A stretch of DNA of 42,482 nt from Candidatus Brocadiia bacterium (GCA_046538485.1 JBKHIT010000042.1:1-42482), one strand, 5' to 3'. Shown: positions 8,224 through 19,819, numbered from the stretch's first letter. Notes: generated by a model from the letters alone, not told the origin. Program-made: numbers and translations.

Positions 8224-11200
8224 TCAGACCGTCTCAACCTGAATCTCCCGGGGCGGGCCGCCGTAGAGGTCGACACGCTCTGTGCCCTCCACATTGTACA
8301 TCCAGGGGCCTTCGCCCTTCAGGCGGGTTCCGAACGCGCCGATTTCATCGCCGTCGATCAGACACGCCTGCACCTGACCGTCATCACGACGCCGGATCCA
8401 ACCCGTCCGTCCGGCAAAACATGTCGACCCGTGAGCCTGCTCGATCCGCTCATCGTGCATGAACACATAATCGGTGAAATTGAGCGTCTCGGTTTTCATA
8501 CCATAATTTCCCCACGGCTCCAGGGTGACCTCCTGACCCGGCTCGCGCGCAAAAAGCAGCGTCCTGTAGATCCCATCCATCCGATTGTAAATTCTGAAAA
8601 AAGACTGCCCGTGTGGGGTCATTTCTTCGGGCGGTTTGCCGCCATCAGGGACAAACGAACCGGTCTCCGTCTCAAACTCCACCGGGTGTTGCACGAGGGC
8701 TTCCAGGTTCAGATCGAAACGTCCCGGTGCCGTAATCCTCCGACCGTTCCGCTGGATATCGTCGGCCGTCACATGCAGGTTATAGCGGTGGGGCACATCG
8801 CCATAGACCCGGTCGAAAAGCGCGATGTAATCGGGTTTCACAAACAGTAGAGACCGCACTTTCCAGATTTTCGGTCCGACAGGATTCTTGTCACCTATGT
8901 AGAAATATGGGGTATTTTCCCGCACAACGTTCACATGTTTCCCGTCAATTTCTTCGAACGTCCGCATACGTCCCCACAACAGCTTCAGCGTCACAGGCAT
9001 TTCGCTGTGCGTGAAATCGAGCAACGGCGAGAACAAGTGGTCCGCCAGGTAACCCCGCCTGAGCGAGTCCATATCCGGGATCTCGACCAGATTGTGGCAA
9101 CGCGCTTTCGACACATCCCGGGTATAAGTCCCGTAGTCCATGGTGAGCGGAGTGCCTTTCGCATACCAATTAAAGGATGATTCATCGTTTTCGTAATGAT
9201 CTTTCCAGAAGCCGATTTTCTGGAACAGATAACTTTCGCGTTCGGTGCCGTGTACGTGGCGCATGGCCACGCCGAGTTCATCCATGTGCTCGCTGGTCAA
9301 TTTCAGCAGTTCATGCTCCGTTTCGGGGACCGGCGCCATCCCCGCAAACACCGTCGGCCCCTGTTCTGCCAGAATCGCCCGCTCGCCCTGTTTCTGATAC
9401 ACTGCAATGCAATCGTGACGCAGCGGATCTTGCGGATCAAGCTCTCCCGCGAACGACAGGAGATACGTCGAGGCGAGATCGGGAAGTTTCGCATTGCCGA
9501 CTCCGGGCCACGTTGCAACGCCAAACCGTTTGTCGAACGGTCCGAAAAAACGGCACAACCAGTCGACGAACCGTCGCACCGGTTCCCAGTGGAAATAATC
9601 GATCCCGGCGCGGTGTTTCAGAGCCCGAAAAGTAATGTAATAGCGGAAAAAGGAAGCCAGAGCGTAGTTGATCGATTCCTCCCATGCGCCGCTGACACCG
9701 GCGTAGGCTTCGAACTGGCGCTCGATTTCTTCGGTTCCTTTCCGCAGCCACGATTCCGAATCCGGATGGTCGGGAAATATTACAGAAAGATGCGCGAGAG
9801 CACAGAGGGGATCCGACTGAAAATTGGGCAGGCTATTTGTCCAGACCAGCCGGTCCGGTTTGTGCTCTCCCCCGTAAGTGTAGAAATCGCGAACCGACTC
9901 CGGGTGATCCGGATGGAGGAACGTGCGTGAATGCGGCCAGCGTCCTTCGTCTTTGATCCGCCGCGCCGCAAAGACAAAGTACGCGCTGAGTTTGCGGAGC
10001 TGGTCCTCGTCCAGCCACTCATCCTTCCGGAGCAGCTCGTAGGCGGTCAACATTTTGCGCAATTTCCTGGCGAAGCCGATGACATTTTTCGCGTAGTCGG
10101 ATTCTCCCCGTCGATAGCCCTGGAACTGGCGAACCCAGAGCTGAAACCGGTCTTCCAACAGCTCATAGAGTATCCGGTGAGTTTCTTCGCTCGGTTTGCA
10201 GAGCGCACGGAACGTCGCGTAGTGAAGATGTTTCTTTTCCGGCGGCCCCTCTTCGAGTTTCTCCTGCGCGCGCTGAAGCTGAGGAAGTCGATCTATTTTG
10301 GCTTTCGCCGTCTCGCGGAAATCCTCTCCCACGAACATTGCATCCCGATCCCAGGCGGTGCGGTCGAATATTTCTTCGCCGGTCAGATCCAGATGTTCGT
10401 CGAGTCTGAGCGCATTGAACTCGGCCTGGAGCCGATGGAAGATGAGCCGCCGGTCCTCCGTGAAACTTTTCTCCACGGCTCCGGCATACAGCAGGTAATG
10501 GCGGCTCCCGCTGTTGAGCGATGCGTGCCACTCCACGCGCTTTTTCCGGTCGTAAATCACCGGCATATTGTCGACGGGATTGCGCCATTTTCCCCCGTAA
10601 AGTCCCACGAGGCCGATCATACCTTTCGTTTCATCTTCGGAGTCGAAGAACCCGAACCAACCGCGGTTATTGGGCACAAAATACTCCCCCAGCGGCGGCA
10701 TCTGGAGTCGACAGAGGACATCACGGGGGCGGTCCTCGCGTCCGAGCTTTTCAATAACGGGTTGTGGTTCCCCGCCGAATTCGGGTCCCCTGTGGCTGAC
10801 AATCCGGTCGAAATCAGCGTCAGGGTTCCAGGTCCATATCAGTTCGCCGGGCAGGTCCAGTGCGAGATCTTCCGAAATTTCGACATACGGGTCATGCCGA
10901 TAACAGCGGGATGTCAGCTGGTAGCAACGCTGATCTTCGAACTGATACTTGAGTTCGTATTCCTCAAAAAGGGGTCCGGCGTTGATACGTTGGAGTTTTG
11001 CTGACTGGAAAGCTTTGTCGGTATGGATCTCACTGGCATAGGGTCGGTCCGCGAACCCCGCGAAAGGTCCTTCCACACCACCGTCGATCGGTTCCGGTTC
11101 CGGAATACGGAGCGAAGAGCCCTCCCGCCCAATCTCGACCCCACCGCTCAGCGGGATCTCCTGACAGAACAGATCAGTATCTTTGTGGTCGGATTCGAGG

Positions 11201-11433
11201 AATCGGAGCGTTTTGGTCTCGTCGGTCTCAAAGCCCAGTCTCAGGAGAATCTGCGCCCCGGCGTCGGTGGTCGAACCGGTGTATTGGAATGGAACAGGTT
11301 CTCCATTAATCTGGAGTTTGAAGGGGTCGCCCACTTCCACATCGGGAACGTGAACTCGCACATATTGTTCGGTCCAATCGGTAAAGAGCGGGGCTTTCAG
11401 AGTTTTTTCATAGATGCATTCTTTATCGGACAA
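8224..11433 (-). CDS. Large (1069 aa) protein with a heparinase II/III-like (polysaccharide-lyase-like) C-terminal half
   Basis: Long ORF with AAGGAG RBS and TTG start; GAWEESINY, HYENDESSFNWYAKG..LTMDYG and HNLV resemble heparinase II/III-type toroid and beta-sandwich motifs; lies downstream of a sulfatase. Confidence 0.65.
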   Translation of the reverse strand: MSDKECIYEKTLKAPLFTDWTEQYVRVHVPDVEVGDPFKLQINGEPVPFQYTGSTTDAGAQILLRLGFETDETKTLRFLESDHKDTDLFCQEIPLSGGVEIGREGSSLRIPEPEPIDGGVEGPFAGFADRPYASEIHTDKAFQSAKLQRINAGPLFEEYELKYQFEDQRCYQLTSRCYRHDPYVEISEDLALDLPGELIWTWNPDADFDRIVSHRGPEFGGEPQPVIEKLGREDRPRDVLCRLQMPPLGEYFVPNNRGWFGFFDSEDETKGMIGLVGLYGGKWRNPVDNMPVIYDRKKRVEWHASLNSGSRHYLLYAGAVEKSFTEDRRLIFHRLQAEFNALRLDEHLDLTGEEIFDRTAWDRDAMFVGEDFRETAKAKIDRLPQLQRAQEKLEEGPPEKKHLHYATFRALCKPSEETHRILYELLEDRFQLWVRQFQGYRRGESDYAKNVIGFARKLRKMLTAYELLRKDEWLDEDQLRKLSAYFVFAARRIKDEGRWPHSRTFLHPDHPESVRDFYTYGGEHKPDRLVWTNSLPNFQSDPLCALAHLSVIFPDHPDSESWLRKGTEEIERQFEAYAGVSGAWEESINYALASFFRYYITFRALKHRAGIDYFHWEPVRRFVDWLCRFFGPFDKRFGVATWPGVGNAKLPDLASTYLLSFAGELDPQDPLRHDCIAVYQKQGERAILAEQGPTVFAGMAPVPETEHELLKLTSEHMDELGVAMRHVHGTERESYLFQKIGFWKDHYENDESSFNWYAKGTPLTMDYGTYTRDVSKARCHNLVEIPDMDSLRRGYLADHLFSPLLDFTHSEMPVTLKLLWGRMRTFEEIDGKHVNVVRENTPYFYIGDKNPVGPKIWKVRSLLFVKPDYIALFDRVYGDVPHRYNLHVTADDIQRNGRRITAPGRFDLNLEALVQHPVEFETETGSFVPDGGKPPEEMTPHGQSFFRIYNRMDGIYRTLLFAREPGQEVTLEPWGNYGMKTETLNFTDYVFMHDERIEQAHGSTCFAGRTGWIRRRDDGQVQACLIDGDEIGAFGTRLKGEGPWMYNVEGTERVDLYGGPPREIQVETV

Positions 11434-11635
11434 GGTTTCTCCTTTTTCTTCGGTGGAGATTCTTTTGTATTTCTGGTTTATGGGTGACGGGCGGCATTCC
11501 GCTCATTTGAATGCGGAGCTGATTTCAAATAATCGCAAAATTATAGAAACCCTCCCGCGAAGCGGTACGGTCCGCTGCCAGCGGACGCAGCGCCGCTTTT
11601 AATCGGTTTCAACCGTTATGCGGTTTCCTCACAAT

Positions 11636-13033
11636 TTACTCAATAATCCTCTCGGCCCTGGGAGCATCGAGCCACGGGGTGGATTCATCCCATTCAAGCA
11701 ATTTCTGGCGCAACTCCTCTTGCAACCCATCACGTTCTCCCGATTCGGCGAGATTATTCATCTCGTACGGATCCTCCGTCAGATCGAAAAACCATTCCTC
11801 GCCGTCCGTAATGGTATGGTTCTCTTCATCGTACTGCATTCCGTACAGATGCGATGGCGTTCTGACCCCGATCATCGGACCGGTTTCGATGAATGCAAGA
11901 TTTTCCTCTTCCGGCATTCCATTGTCTCTCACCGACGGTGCAAGACTGCGACCCTGGATATGGGCAGGAATTTCAACTCCGATCATCTCCAGCAGCGACG
12001 GCGCGACATCGATCAGACTCGCAATGGTTTCCGTATCCTCTCCCGGTTCCTGCCGGGGATCATAAACGACCATCGGGATGTGGATAGACTCTTCGATCAG
12101 GGAATTCTTGTTAAAAAGGCCGTGACTCCCAAGATTGTCACCGTGGTCGCTGATGAAAACGACGATCGTGTCATCGGCCAGATGGTTTTTCTCGAGCGCC
12201 AGCATCATCTCCCCCAGCTGATCGTCCACGCAGGCGATTGCGCCGTAGTAGAGAGCGGTCAGACTCCGCAGGTCGAAATCTTCCGGCGCGATATCTTTCG
12301 GGTCCTGCGGTTCGCCTTTGACATCCCGCCAGAAGAAATCGGCGCTTCGGTAGACACTGAACCACCACCGACTGTGGGACGGCTCTCCATCCTCCATCGT
12401 ATTCGGCCGCAGCGGGACCTCATTGGGATCAAACATGTTGACATATCGGTCCGGCAGGTGTCCGGGACCTATCGGCTGGTGTGGTTGGGAGATGTTGTGG
12501 AACAGGAAGAACGGCTCCGAGCAACCGGCCCGGCTTTCCAGAAATTCCCGTACCCGATCGATTTCCCAGTCGCCGGCAAACTCTTCGACCTCAATCGATT
12601 CGGCTCTCTCGTTGAAATAGGTCTGACCGTAGTAATGGTGAGCAACTTTCGGGTAGAGAGCGGTTTCGAAACCAACCATCTCCGGCCGGGGACCCATGTG
12701 CCATTTGCCGATCAGTGCCGTCTCGTAACCATGCTCTCCGAAGATTTCTGGCAAAGTTGGACCCAGCAGGCGTACGCGTTCGGGGTTGGGTGGGTTACGA
12801 TGGACGTTCCCAAGCATGCCCGCACAGGTTCGGCTGTATTGTCCGGTGATAGTCGCCGATCGGGCGGGCGTGCAGACCGGATTGGGCGTGAACGCAAGAT
12901 CAAATCGTGTCCCCATCGTCGCCAAACGATCTATATTGGGCGTGCGGACGTGATCGTTGCCATAACAGCCGACGGCGTGGGCACGGAGCTGATCGCACAT
13001 GCAGAGCACCATGTTCGGTTTGTTATTGGGCAT
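11636..13033 (-). CDS. Sulfatase (formylglycine-dependent, Cys type)
   Basis: PNMVLCMCDQLR, CTPAR signature, GKWH, PHQP, SDHGD.LGSHG and DLTEDPYEMNNL motifs. Confidence 0.93.
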   Translation of the reverse strand: MPNNKPNMVLCMCDQLRAHAVGCYGNDHVRTPNIDRLATMGTRFDLAFTPNPVCTPARSATITGQYSRTCAGMLGNVHRNPPNPERVRLLGPTLPEIFGEHGYETALIGKWHMGPRPEMVGFETALYPKVAHHYYGQTYFNERAESIEVEEFAGDWEIDRVREFLESRAGCSEPFFLFHNISQPHQPIGPGHLPDRYVNMFDPNEVPLRPNTMEDGEPSHSRWWFSVYRSADFFWRDVKGEPQDPKDIAPEDFDLRSLTALYYGAIACVDDQLGEMMLALEKNHLADDTIVVFISDHGDNLGSHGLFNKNSLIEESIHIPMVVYDPRQEPGEDTETIASLIDVAPSLLEMIGVEIPAHIQGRSLAPSVRDNGMPEEENLAFIETGPMIGVRTPSHLYGMQYDEENHTITDGEEWFFDLTEDPYEMNNLAESGERDGLQEELRQKLLEWDESTPWLDAPRAERIIE

Positions 13034-13210
13034 CGAAAGCACCTGGAAAGTTGGCTTTGTGAAAAGACCTCAGTTTGCGGGAGGCTATCGGAAAAGCCGC
13101 AGGAATTGCAAGGTAACGCGCTGAAAATCACACCACCCAAATCGGTCCCAAAAGTCTTGCGTCACGGGTGAAGAAAACGGAAAGGATAGCGATAACAAAC
13201 GGCAATGATG

Positions 13211-13265
13211 CACATGCTGGAACCTCCTCCACGCGAGGCTATGGAGCCCAAGGGGCCTGTACAAC
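13211..13265. repeat. Degenerate REP interrupted by a CCTCCTCC..AGGCTAYGGAGCCCAA unit
   Basis: 13223-13251 closely matches 7879-7907; flanks CACATGCTGGA and GCCTGTACAAC resemble the two arms of the REP. Confidence 0.55.
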
Positions 13266-13380
13266 ATGTGTTTCTTCTGCAATAGCTCCACTTTGTCTTT
13301 TTACCTTAGCGGTGCTTTGCCCGAAAAGACAAAAAGCGGATGAAGCAGAAAAATAATGTCGAAAGACCGAGTATTTCCTG

Positions 13381-13534
13381 GAGCGGACTGGACTTCAGCA
13401 CCGCCGTATCGGAGCTGGAGTTCAGAACGCAGACCGATTGGGTCGGATCTCCGCGCAGCCTGACATCTGTGAGCCATTGCCCGCCTCAAGTCCAGTTTCG
13501 CCCGCCGCTGGCGGGCTCAGCTGAACTCGAGTCT
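13381..13534 (+). repeat. Two-module dispersed palindromic repeat, copy 1 (A 13381-13430, B 13477-13534)
   Basis: Near-identical modules at 19390-19542 (inverted), 38491-38539 (A only) and 29153-29211 (B). Confidence 0.9.
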
Positions 13535-13593
13535 TCCTTCCCGCGAGCAGACAATACCCCACCCTTCGAAATCGTATTCCCCTTGATCACTGA

Positions 13594-15198
<1,605 letters not shown>

Positions 15199-15215
15199 AA
15201 GAACGGGCTCACGCC

Positions 15216-15244
15216 TTGACGGTTCCAAATTGGAAACCTATACT
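15216..15244 (+). promoter_or_regulatory. Sigma70-like promoter with a palindromic spacer (candidate operator)
   Basis: TTGACG, 17 nt, TATACT; the spacer contains TTCCAA-A-TTGGAA. Confidence 0.7.
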
Positions 15245-15332
15245 CAATTCTTGCACGACCGACACACGTCTGTAGTTCTGAACTTTTCTCTGGCGAACTT
15301 TCTCAGGAGAACGCACGACGTCACAGGAAGAA

Positions 15333-15665
15333 ATGAAAGAATTCTATAAAAATTTCAAGAAAGCCATCGGAAACATGCAGCAGGAATGTCCGGACACCGT
15401 TTCGGGCTTCATGGGTTTGTTCGAGAAAACCATGGATGAGGGCGCCCTTTCCGTGAAGCAAAAAGAAGCCGTCGCGCTCGGCATCGCCGTTCCCTGCCAG
15501 TGCATGCCCTGTATCCGGCTTCATGTCAAAAAAGCCGCTGACGCCGGCCTTACACGCGAGCAGATCCTTGAAACCGCTGGCGTAACCGTGATGATGTGCG
15601 GCGGTCCCGCTTACACCCATATCCCCGAAGTGATGGAAGCTCTGGACGCGCTTGAAATCGAATAG
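15333..15665 (+). CDS. Carboxymuconolactone decarboxylase/AhpD-family protein
   Basis: GALSVKQKEAVALGIAV, CQCMPC.RLH, GLTREQILE and MMCGGPA motifs. Confidence 0.88.
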   Translation: MKEFYKNFKKAIGNMQQECPDTVSGFMGLFEKTMDEGALSVKQKEAVALGIAVPCQCMPCIRLHVKKAADAGLTREQILETAGVTVMMCGGPAYTHIPEVMEALDALEIE

Positions 15666-15683
15666 CGCCCCGTGGATGAACCT

Positions 15684-16028
15684 ATGAGCAACAATTATAT
15701 CGTGCGGCATATCGACGAGTGCGACAGCGTGCCCTGTCCCTGTGGATCAAGCACACGTATTATCACCCGCGATGATACAGACGTGGGCAATCTGCACGTC
15801 ACCCACATCCAGGACGCTGAGAAGCATTACCACAAGAAGTGCACGGAATACTACTACATCCTTGAGGGCGAGGGAAAAATGGAACTCAACGGAGAAATGG
15901 TCCACCTCACCCCCGGCACCGTCGTATTCATTCCCGCGGGAGTAGCTCATCGAGGGTGGGGAGACTTCAAAGCTTTGATCGTCGGAGTGCCGGCGATGGA
16001 ACACGACGACGAGTTTTTCTGCGATTAG
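15684..16028 (+). CDS. Cupin-domain protein
   Basis: HYHKKCTEYYYILEGEG and IPAGVAHRG cupin motifs; N-terminal CPCG; alternative GTG start at 15672. Confidence 0.85.
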   Translation: MSNNYIVRHIDECDSVPCPCGSSTRIITRDDTDVGNLHVTHIQDAEKHYHKKCTEYYYILEGEGKMELNGEMVHLTPGTVVFIPAGVAHRGWGDFKALIVGVPAMEHDDEFFCD

Positions 16029-16146
16029 CCATATCTGCATCCGCCCCTCAGGCGGAAGCAGCGAGGAACATACCGGAGGCCACCGATTCTCAGGGGAGCG
16101 CCCTGACAGTCGTAGTGTGTTACCTTAAGAAGAAGGAGTCTCTGGC

Positions 16147-17487
16147 ATGAAGCAAGCTGAAATCGTGGTTGTAGGAGGAAGCGCCGCCGGTATTGCCGCC
16201 GCTATAACAGCAAGAAGACACTATCCGGACAAAGACATTCTCGTCATTCGCAAGGAAAACAAGGTCCTCATCCCTTGCGGGATTCCCTACATTTTCGGGA
16301 CGGTTGGCAGCGCCGAGAATAACCTCATCCCGGATGCAGTTCTGGACAAAAATAACGTTGAACTGCTGATCGACACCGTCGAGGACATCGATCGGGATCA
16401 GAATGTCCTCAAACTCGACTCCGGGGAACAAGTGTCGTACGAACGTCTCATTCTCGCCACCGGGTCCGAACCAGTGATGCCCCCAATCCCGGGTTTCGAA
16501 CTGGACAACATCTATACGATCGTCAAAGACGTCGATTACCTTGGCGATCTCCAGAACCAGCTTGACGATACGGAGAAACTTGTCATCCTTGGGGGCGGTT
16601 TCATCGGAGTTGAATTCGCGGACGAATGCAACAAACTCGATGGAATCGACGTCAAGATCGTGGAGATGCTGCCCCATTGCCTGATGCTCGCCTACGACGA
16701 AGAATTCTGTGCCAACGCCGAAAATATCCTCAACGAACGCGGCGTTGATACGCTTACCTCCTCAAAGGTGGCACAATTCAACGGCAACGGATCGGTCGAA
16801 GCCGTTGAACTCGAAGACGGAACACAACTCGACGCTGATGCCGTCATCGTTGCCATTGGAGTGAGAGCAAACGCAGAACTCGCCGAAAAGGCCGACCTCC
16901 GCCTCGGATCAACCGGCGGAGTCGCTGTGGATCGGACAATGCGAACGGACGACGAGTGCATTTTTGCCTGCGGCGACTGCGCGGAGAAATTCTCGTTCTT
17001 CGGCGGCAAACCCAGTCCCCTTAAACTGGCCTCGATTGCAACCTCGGAAGCCCGAATCGCCGGAGCCAATCTGTTCGAAACGCGTCGCCAGAATATCGGC
17101 ACCGTCGGCGTCTGGTCGACATGTATCGGGGACACCGCTTTTGCTACAGCCGGCCTGACCGAACAGCTTGCCGAACAAAACGGTTACAATTACGTCTCCG
17201 GCGAAGCCGAAGCCGGCAACCGCCATCCCGGCGGAATGCCCGGACTTCACAAAATGAAAGTCAAACTGGTCTTCGAAAAACACACGGGCGAAATCCTGGG
17301 CGGGACGATCATGGGCGGAAAAGCCGCCGGTGAACTGATCAACGCTATCAGTGCCTGCATTCAGAACCACATGACAGCTGAGGATATCGCGATGTTCCAG
17401 ATCGGCACTCATCCGGCTCTGACAGCATCCCCTATCGCCTACCAGTTCGTCAACGCCGCCGAATCGGCCGCCGGGCAAATACGGTAA
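16147..17487 (+). CDS. FAD-dependent pyridine nucleotide-disulfide oxidoreductase (CoA-disulfide reductase/NADH oxidase-like)
   Basis: GGSAAG, PCGIPY single redox Cys, ATGS, GGGFIGVE, IFACGDCA and C-terminal HPAL dimerisation motif; AAGGAG RBS. Confidence 0.88.
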   Translation: MKQAEIVVVGGSAAGIAAAITARRHYPDKDILVIRKENKVLIPCGIPYIFGTVGSAENNLIPDAVLDKNNVELLIDTVEDIDRDQNVLKLDSGEQVSYERLILATGSEPVMPPIPGFELDNIYTIVKDVDYLGDLQNQLDDTEKLVILGGGFIGVEFADECNKLDGIDVKIVEMLPHCLMLAYDEEFCANAENILNERGVDTLTSSKVAQFNGNGSVEAVELEDGTQLDADAVIVAIGVRANAELAEKADLRLGSTGGVAVDRTMRTDDECIFACGDCAEKFSFFGGKPSPLKLASIATSEARIAGANLFETRRQNIGTVGVWSTCIGDTAFATAGLTEQLAEQNGYNYVSGEAEAGNRHPGGMPGLHKMKVKLVFEKHTGEILGGTIMGGKAAGELINAISACIQNHMTAEDIAMFQIGTHPALTASPIAYQFVNAAESAAGQIR

Positions 17488-17601
17488 AGATGAGCGGCCC
17501 CTGACCTAAAATCGGCACACGCAAAAAAGGCGGGCACAAAACGAAAGCGGCGTTCCCGTGCACGCACTCCAGAGCGAGATCGCCACGGTGCTCCGCTCTG
17601 A

Positions 17602-18645
17602 TCAGTCGATCTCAACCTCCCGCCCGGCTTCGGCGCTTGCGTAGAGAGCATCGAGCATCTTCTGGAGGACAAGTCCATCCTCTGCGGGGCACATTGTATC
17701 TTCTTCGCCGCGCAGATAGGCGACCCAGTTCTCCATTTTCTTGTCGAAGGCATTGTAGTTCCCGACATAAGCGGGTTCGACATTAACCATCGTGCCGGCC
17801 TCATCCTTGAATATTTTGGGCGGCGCGTAGGTGCATCCGCCTTTTTCTCCCATAATTTGGACGTTCATCGTCGTGCCTTCGATATGGGCGGCAAAACTCG
17901 ATTCCACCGCCATGCATGCGCCATTCTCAAAACGGATGTAGCCGGTGGCAAGATCTTCGACCGTGTAGGTCTCGTAATCCCATCCCGCCCATCGCGAATG
18001 GACATCGGACGGTTTATCACCGAGGTACGTGTAGGTTGATGCGCTTGCCGCGACCGGACGCGGACGCCCCATCAGATAGTGGGCCATTTCCATAATGTGA
18101 ACGCCGATATCGATCAGCGGGCCGCCGCCCTGGAGTTCTTTACGACCGAAAACGCCCCAGTTCGGGATGCCCCGACGTCGGAGGGCCTGAACACGCGCAA
18201 AGTGTGGGGTGCCAATTTGTCCGTCATCGAGGTAGCGTTTCAGCACCTGGGCCTGCGGAGAAAGACGCCACTGGAAGCCGATCACGAGTTTCTGGTCAGT
18301 CTCTTCGGCCGTTTCCACCATTTCCCCGGCTTCCTCGGCGTTCATCGCCATCGGTTTTTCAACGATCACGTCGTTCCCCGCCTTGAGAGCCGCCACGGTC
18401 GGGGCATGGTGAAGGAAATTCGGCGTGCAGACGCTGACGGCATCGAGTTCATCAAGTTCCAGCATCTCTTCGTATTCGGCGAACATATGGGATGCACCGT
18501 GATCGGCGGCGAATTTCTCGCGGGCATCCTCAGCGGGGTCAGCCCCCGCAACCACGTCAACACCTTCGATTTCATCAAGCGTCCGGGCCTGACGTCCGGC
18601 GATGCCGCCGGTACCAATAAAACCAACTTTGATCTCCTGAGACAT
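17602..18645 (-). CDS. Gfo/Idh/MocA family oxidoreductase
   Basis: GFIGTGGIA, VCTPNFLH, EKPMA and GGGPLIDIGVH motifs. Confidence 0.92.
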   Translation of the reverse strand: MSQEIKVGFIGTGGIAGRQARTLDEIEGVDVVAGADPAEDAREKFAADHGASHMFAEYEEMLELDELDAVSVCTPNFLHHAPTVAALKAGNDVIVEKPMAMNAEEAGEMVETAEETDQKLVIGFQWRLSPQAQVLKRYLDDGQIGTPHFARVQALRRRGIPNWGVFGRKELQGGGPLIDIGVHIMEMAHYLMGRPRPVAASASTYTYLGDKPSDVHSRWAGWDYETYTVEDLATGYIRFENGACMAVESSFAAHIEGTTMNVQIMGEKGGCTYAPPKIFKDEAGTMVNVEPAYVGNYNAFDKKMENWVAYLRGEEDTMCPAEDGLVLQKMLDALYASAEAGREVEID

Positions 18646-18729
18646 AAAAATCAGACTCCTTCTTCTATGCGTCTAAAAATCCTCGGCCTTTGTTTCCACG
18701 CGCGGCACCGATTTTTCTATTCCGCGTTG

Positions 18730-19200
18730 TTATCTCTGCCGACGTCTCATCTCACGCTGAATTTCTTTTTGCCGTTGTTTATCGAGTTTTTTCTTCCGTT
18801 TGTCGCCATGTTCTCGCTTTCGCGCCAGTCCAAGCAAAACTTTCGCCCAACCGTTCTTAAAATACAGTTTCAGAGGCACGAGCGTATACCCGCGCTGGGT
18901 GCAACGGGAGATGATACGATCGATTTCGCGTCGGTGCAGCAGCAACTTCCGCCTCCTCGTCGGATCCAGAGATTCAATCGTGCTTTTTTCATAGGGCGAG
19001 ATATGCATATCGACCACGTAAATTTCATCGCCAAAAGGACGTGCGTACGCTTCCGCGATGCTGACATTGCCCTCACGCAGGCTCTTAACCTCAGCTCCTT
19101 CCAACTCGATCCCCGCCTCGTAGGTATCTTCGATGACGTAATCGTGGCGTGCTTTGCGGTTTGTGGCAATCGTTTTGACGTGTTCGTTTTCTGGGGTCAT
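18730..19200 (-). CDS. smpB: SsrA-binding protein SmpB
   Basis: IATNRKARHDY, EAGIELEGAEVKSLR, HISPYE, RKLLLHRREI, GYTLVPLKLYFK and basic C-terminal tail. Confidence 0.96.
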   Translation of the reverse strand: MTPENEHVKTIATNRKARHDYVIEDTYEAGIELEGAEVKSLREGNVSIAEAYARPFGDEIYVVDMHISPYEKSTIESLDPTRRRKLLLHRREIDRIISRCTQRGYTLVPLKLYFKNGWAKVLLGLARKREHGDKRKKKLDKQRQKEIQREMRRRQR

Positions 19201-19389
19201 GATCAGGAAAAACACTGGAGGGCGGATACGACCGAACAAGTCTAACCCAGCGGCTGACAATACGCAAGCACGCTGGACTGCTGAGGACTTTTGCGCTGTG
19301 GGTTATTTCACTGTTTGATCTCCCCCGATTGCCTGGAAATTGCCCGTAATTCCCGAATAAATCCGCCGCTTCTCGACCGCGTATCCGGC

Positions 19390-19542
19390 AGACTCGAGTT
19401 CAGCTGAGCCCGCCAACGGCGGGCGAAACTGGACTTGAGGCGGGCAAATGCCGGGAAAAGCAAACGCGCGTGGAAGTTCCAACAAACTCGAGCGCGTTCT
19501 GAACTCCAGCCCCGCAGAGCGGTTCTGAAGTCCAGTCCGCTC
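19390..19542 (-). repeat. Two-module dispersed palindromic repeat, copy 2 (inverted)
   Basis: Reverse complement matches modules A and B of 13381-13534, with the same 46 nt spacer length. Confidence 0.9.
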
Positions 19543-19819
19543 ACTCACCTCCCGTTTAGCCCCGATGGGGCTTTTCATAAAAGCCCAGGTCGTAGTGGTC
19601 TGACAGACCACGAAGGCCCGGGGATGTGATGTTGCCGGGAAGACGTGGGCTGCAAATCCACCTCATTGATCTCATCAAATATTTTCGAGACAAGATTTCT
19701 CTTAACGGTTATTGCCAGAGGCATTTTACCTCACCTGTTCGCCGAGCCCACCAGGGCCTTTATGAGATACCCCAGGGCACAGGAAACGGGAACCCGCAGT
19801 AGCGGCCTGCGGCCGCTTC

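Noticed and set aside
11618..13171. 517-aa plus-strand ORF antisense to the sulfatase (likewise 1148-2137, 9931-11004, 18079-19245, 21067-22083, 32699-33637, 40931-41872)
   Set aside because: Antisense shadows of genes with biased codon usage; no recognisable motifs, while the opposite strand carries a clear protein family
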